A DNA stretch of 64,000 nt from Lophium mytilinum. Taxonomy: Eukaryota. The stretch's first letter is position 1, and every line of letters starts with the position of its first letter. This document shows positions 63,601 to 64,000 of this stretch, in pieces. The notes under the pieces are model-generated. The model saw nothing but the letters and a program-made list of their open reading frames with translations. It was not told the DNA's origin and searched no databases. The stretch covers positions 251,673-315,672 of the forward strand of contig MU004188.1 in the NCBI GenBank assembly GCA_010093605.1. Reading direction: 5' to 3'. A program made the position numbers and the translations under genes.

Positions 63601-64000
63601 CAGCATTATATCTGTGCGCCTCCAGCGGCTTCAGCAAAAGTCGCTCTGATCTACCCCACAGCCCTCTGTGCCAGCCGGCTTGGAGCAGGCTCCCTTCCTT
63701 GTGCCAGACCGTCGCCTCATCGCCGCCTGATAGCCGTGTCTTATCTCCAAACCGTACCCGGCAACATACTGCGGCATGGCGTCGGCCAACTTCCGCGACT
63801 CGATGAACTCGCTGGGCTGGAGTAGGAGAGACCCAGACATTCCCGTCAACACTTCGTCGCAGTCAACGCCCATTCTCAACAGGCTGCAGAGCCTCAACCC
63901 CTTTGGTTCCGGTGGCTATGTTAGGCTGCCGACCGCGGGAGAAGGGCCTGGCGCGCCGCTGCCAGCGCCGACAAGGAGGGAGGAGGAGGAAGGCTGGTTT

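Noticed and set aside
61000..64000. ORFs 61871-62872 (-) and 62932-63567 (+)
   Set aside because: Low-complexity translations typical of GC-rich non-coding DNA

Overview
Gene-dense eukaryotic DNA from a filamentous ascomycete (Pezizomycotina; short GT-AG introns with CTRAC/CTAAC branch points; finer taxonomy not determined). About 23 protein-coding genes are supported. Conserved genes: PRP43 3' end, PEX20, SEC13, GCN20, WHI2, SAH1, RPL9, NPR3, COX19 and an RTG3/MiT-type bHLH factor. Accessory genes: BTB-like protein, GST, SDR, NmrA-like, two paralogous F-box-like proteins with Lys-rich tails, APT1-like esterase, F-box protein, AA12-like GPI-anchored dehydrogenase and a P450. Main leads: (1) a ~143-codon AUG-free in-frame extension of WHI2 with PY motifs, suggesting UUG initiation; (2) a long COX19 intron and downstream region with H/ACA-snoRNA-like hairpins; (3) a hairpin-forming, introner-like intron in the P450; (4) a BTB-like protein with duplicated PP1-docking RVxF motifs; (5) co-location of amino-acid-sensing/TORC1 genes. 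Exon boundaries and folds were worked out by eye; no database searches were run.
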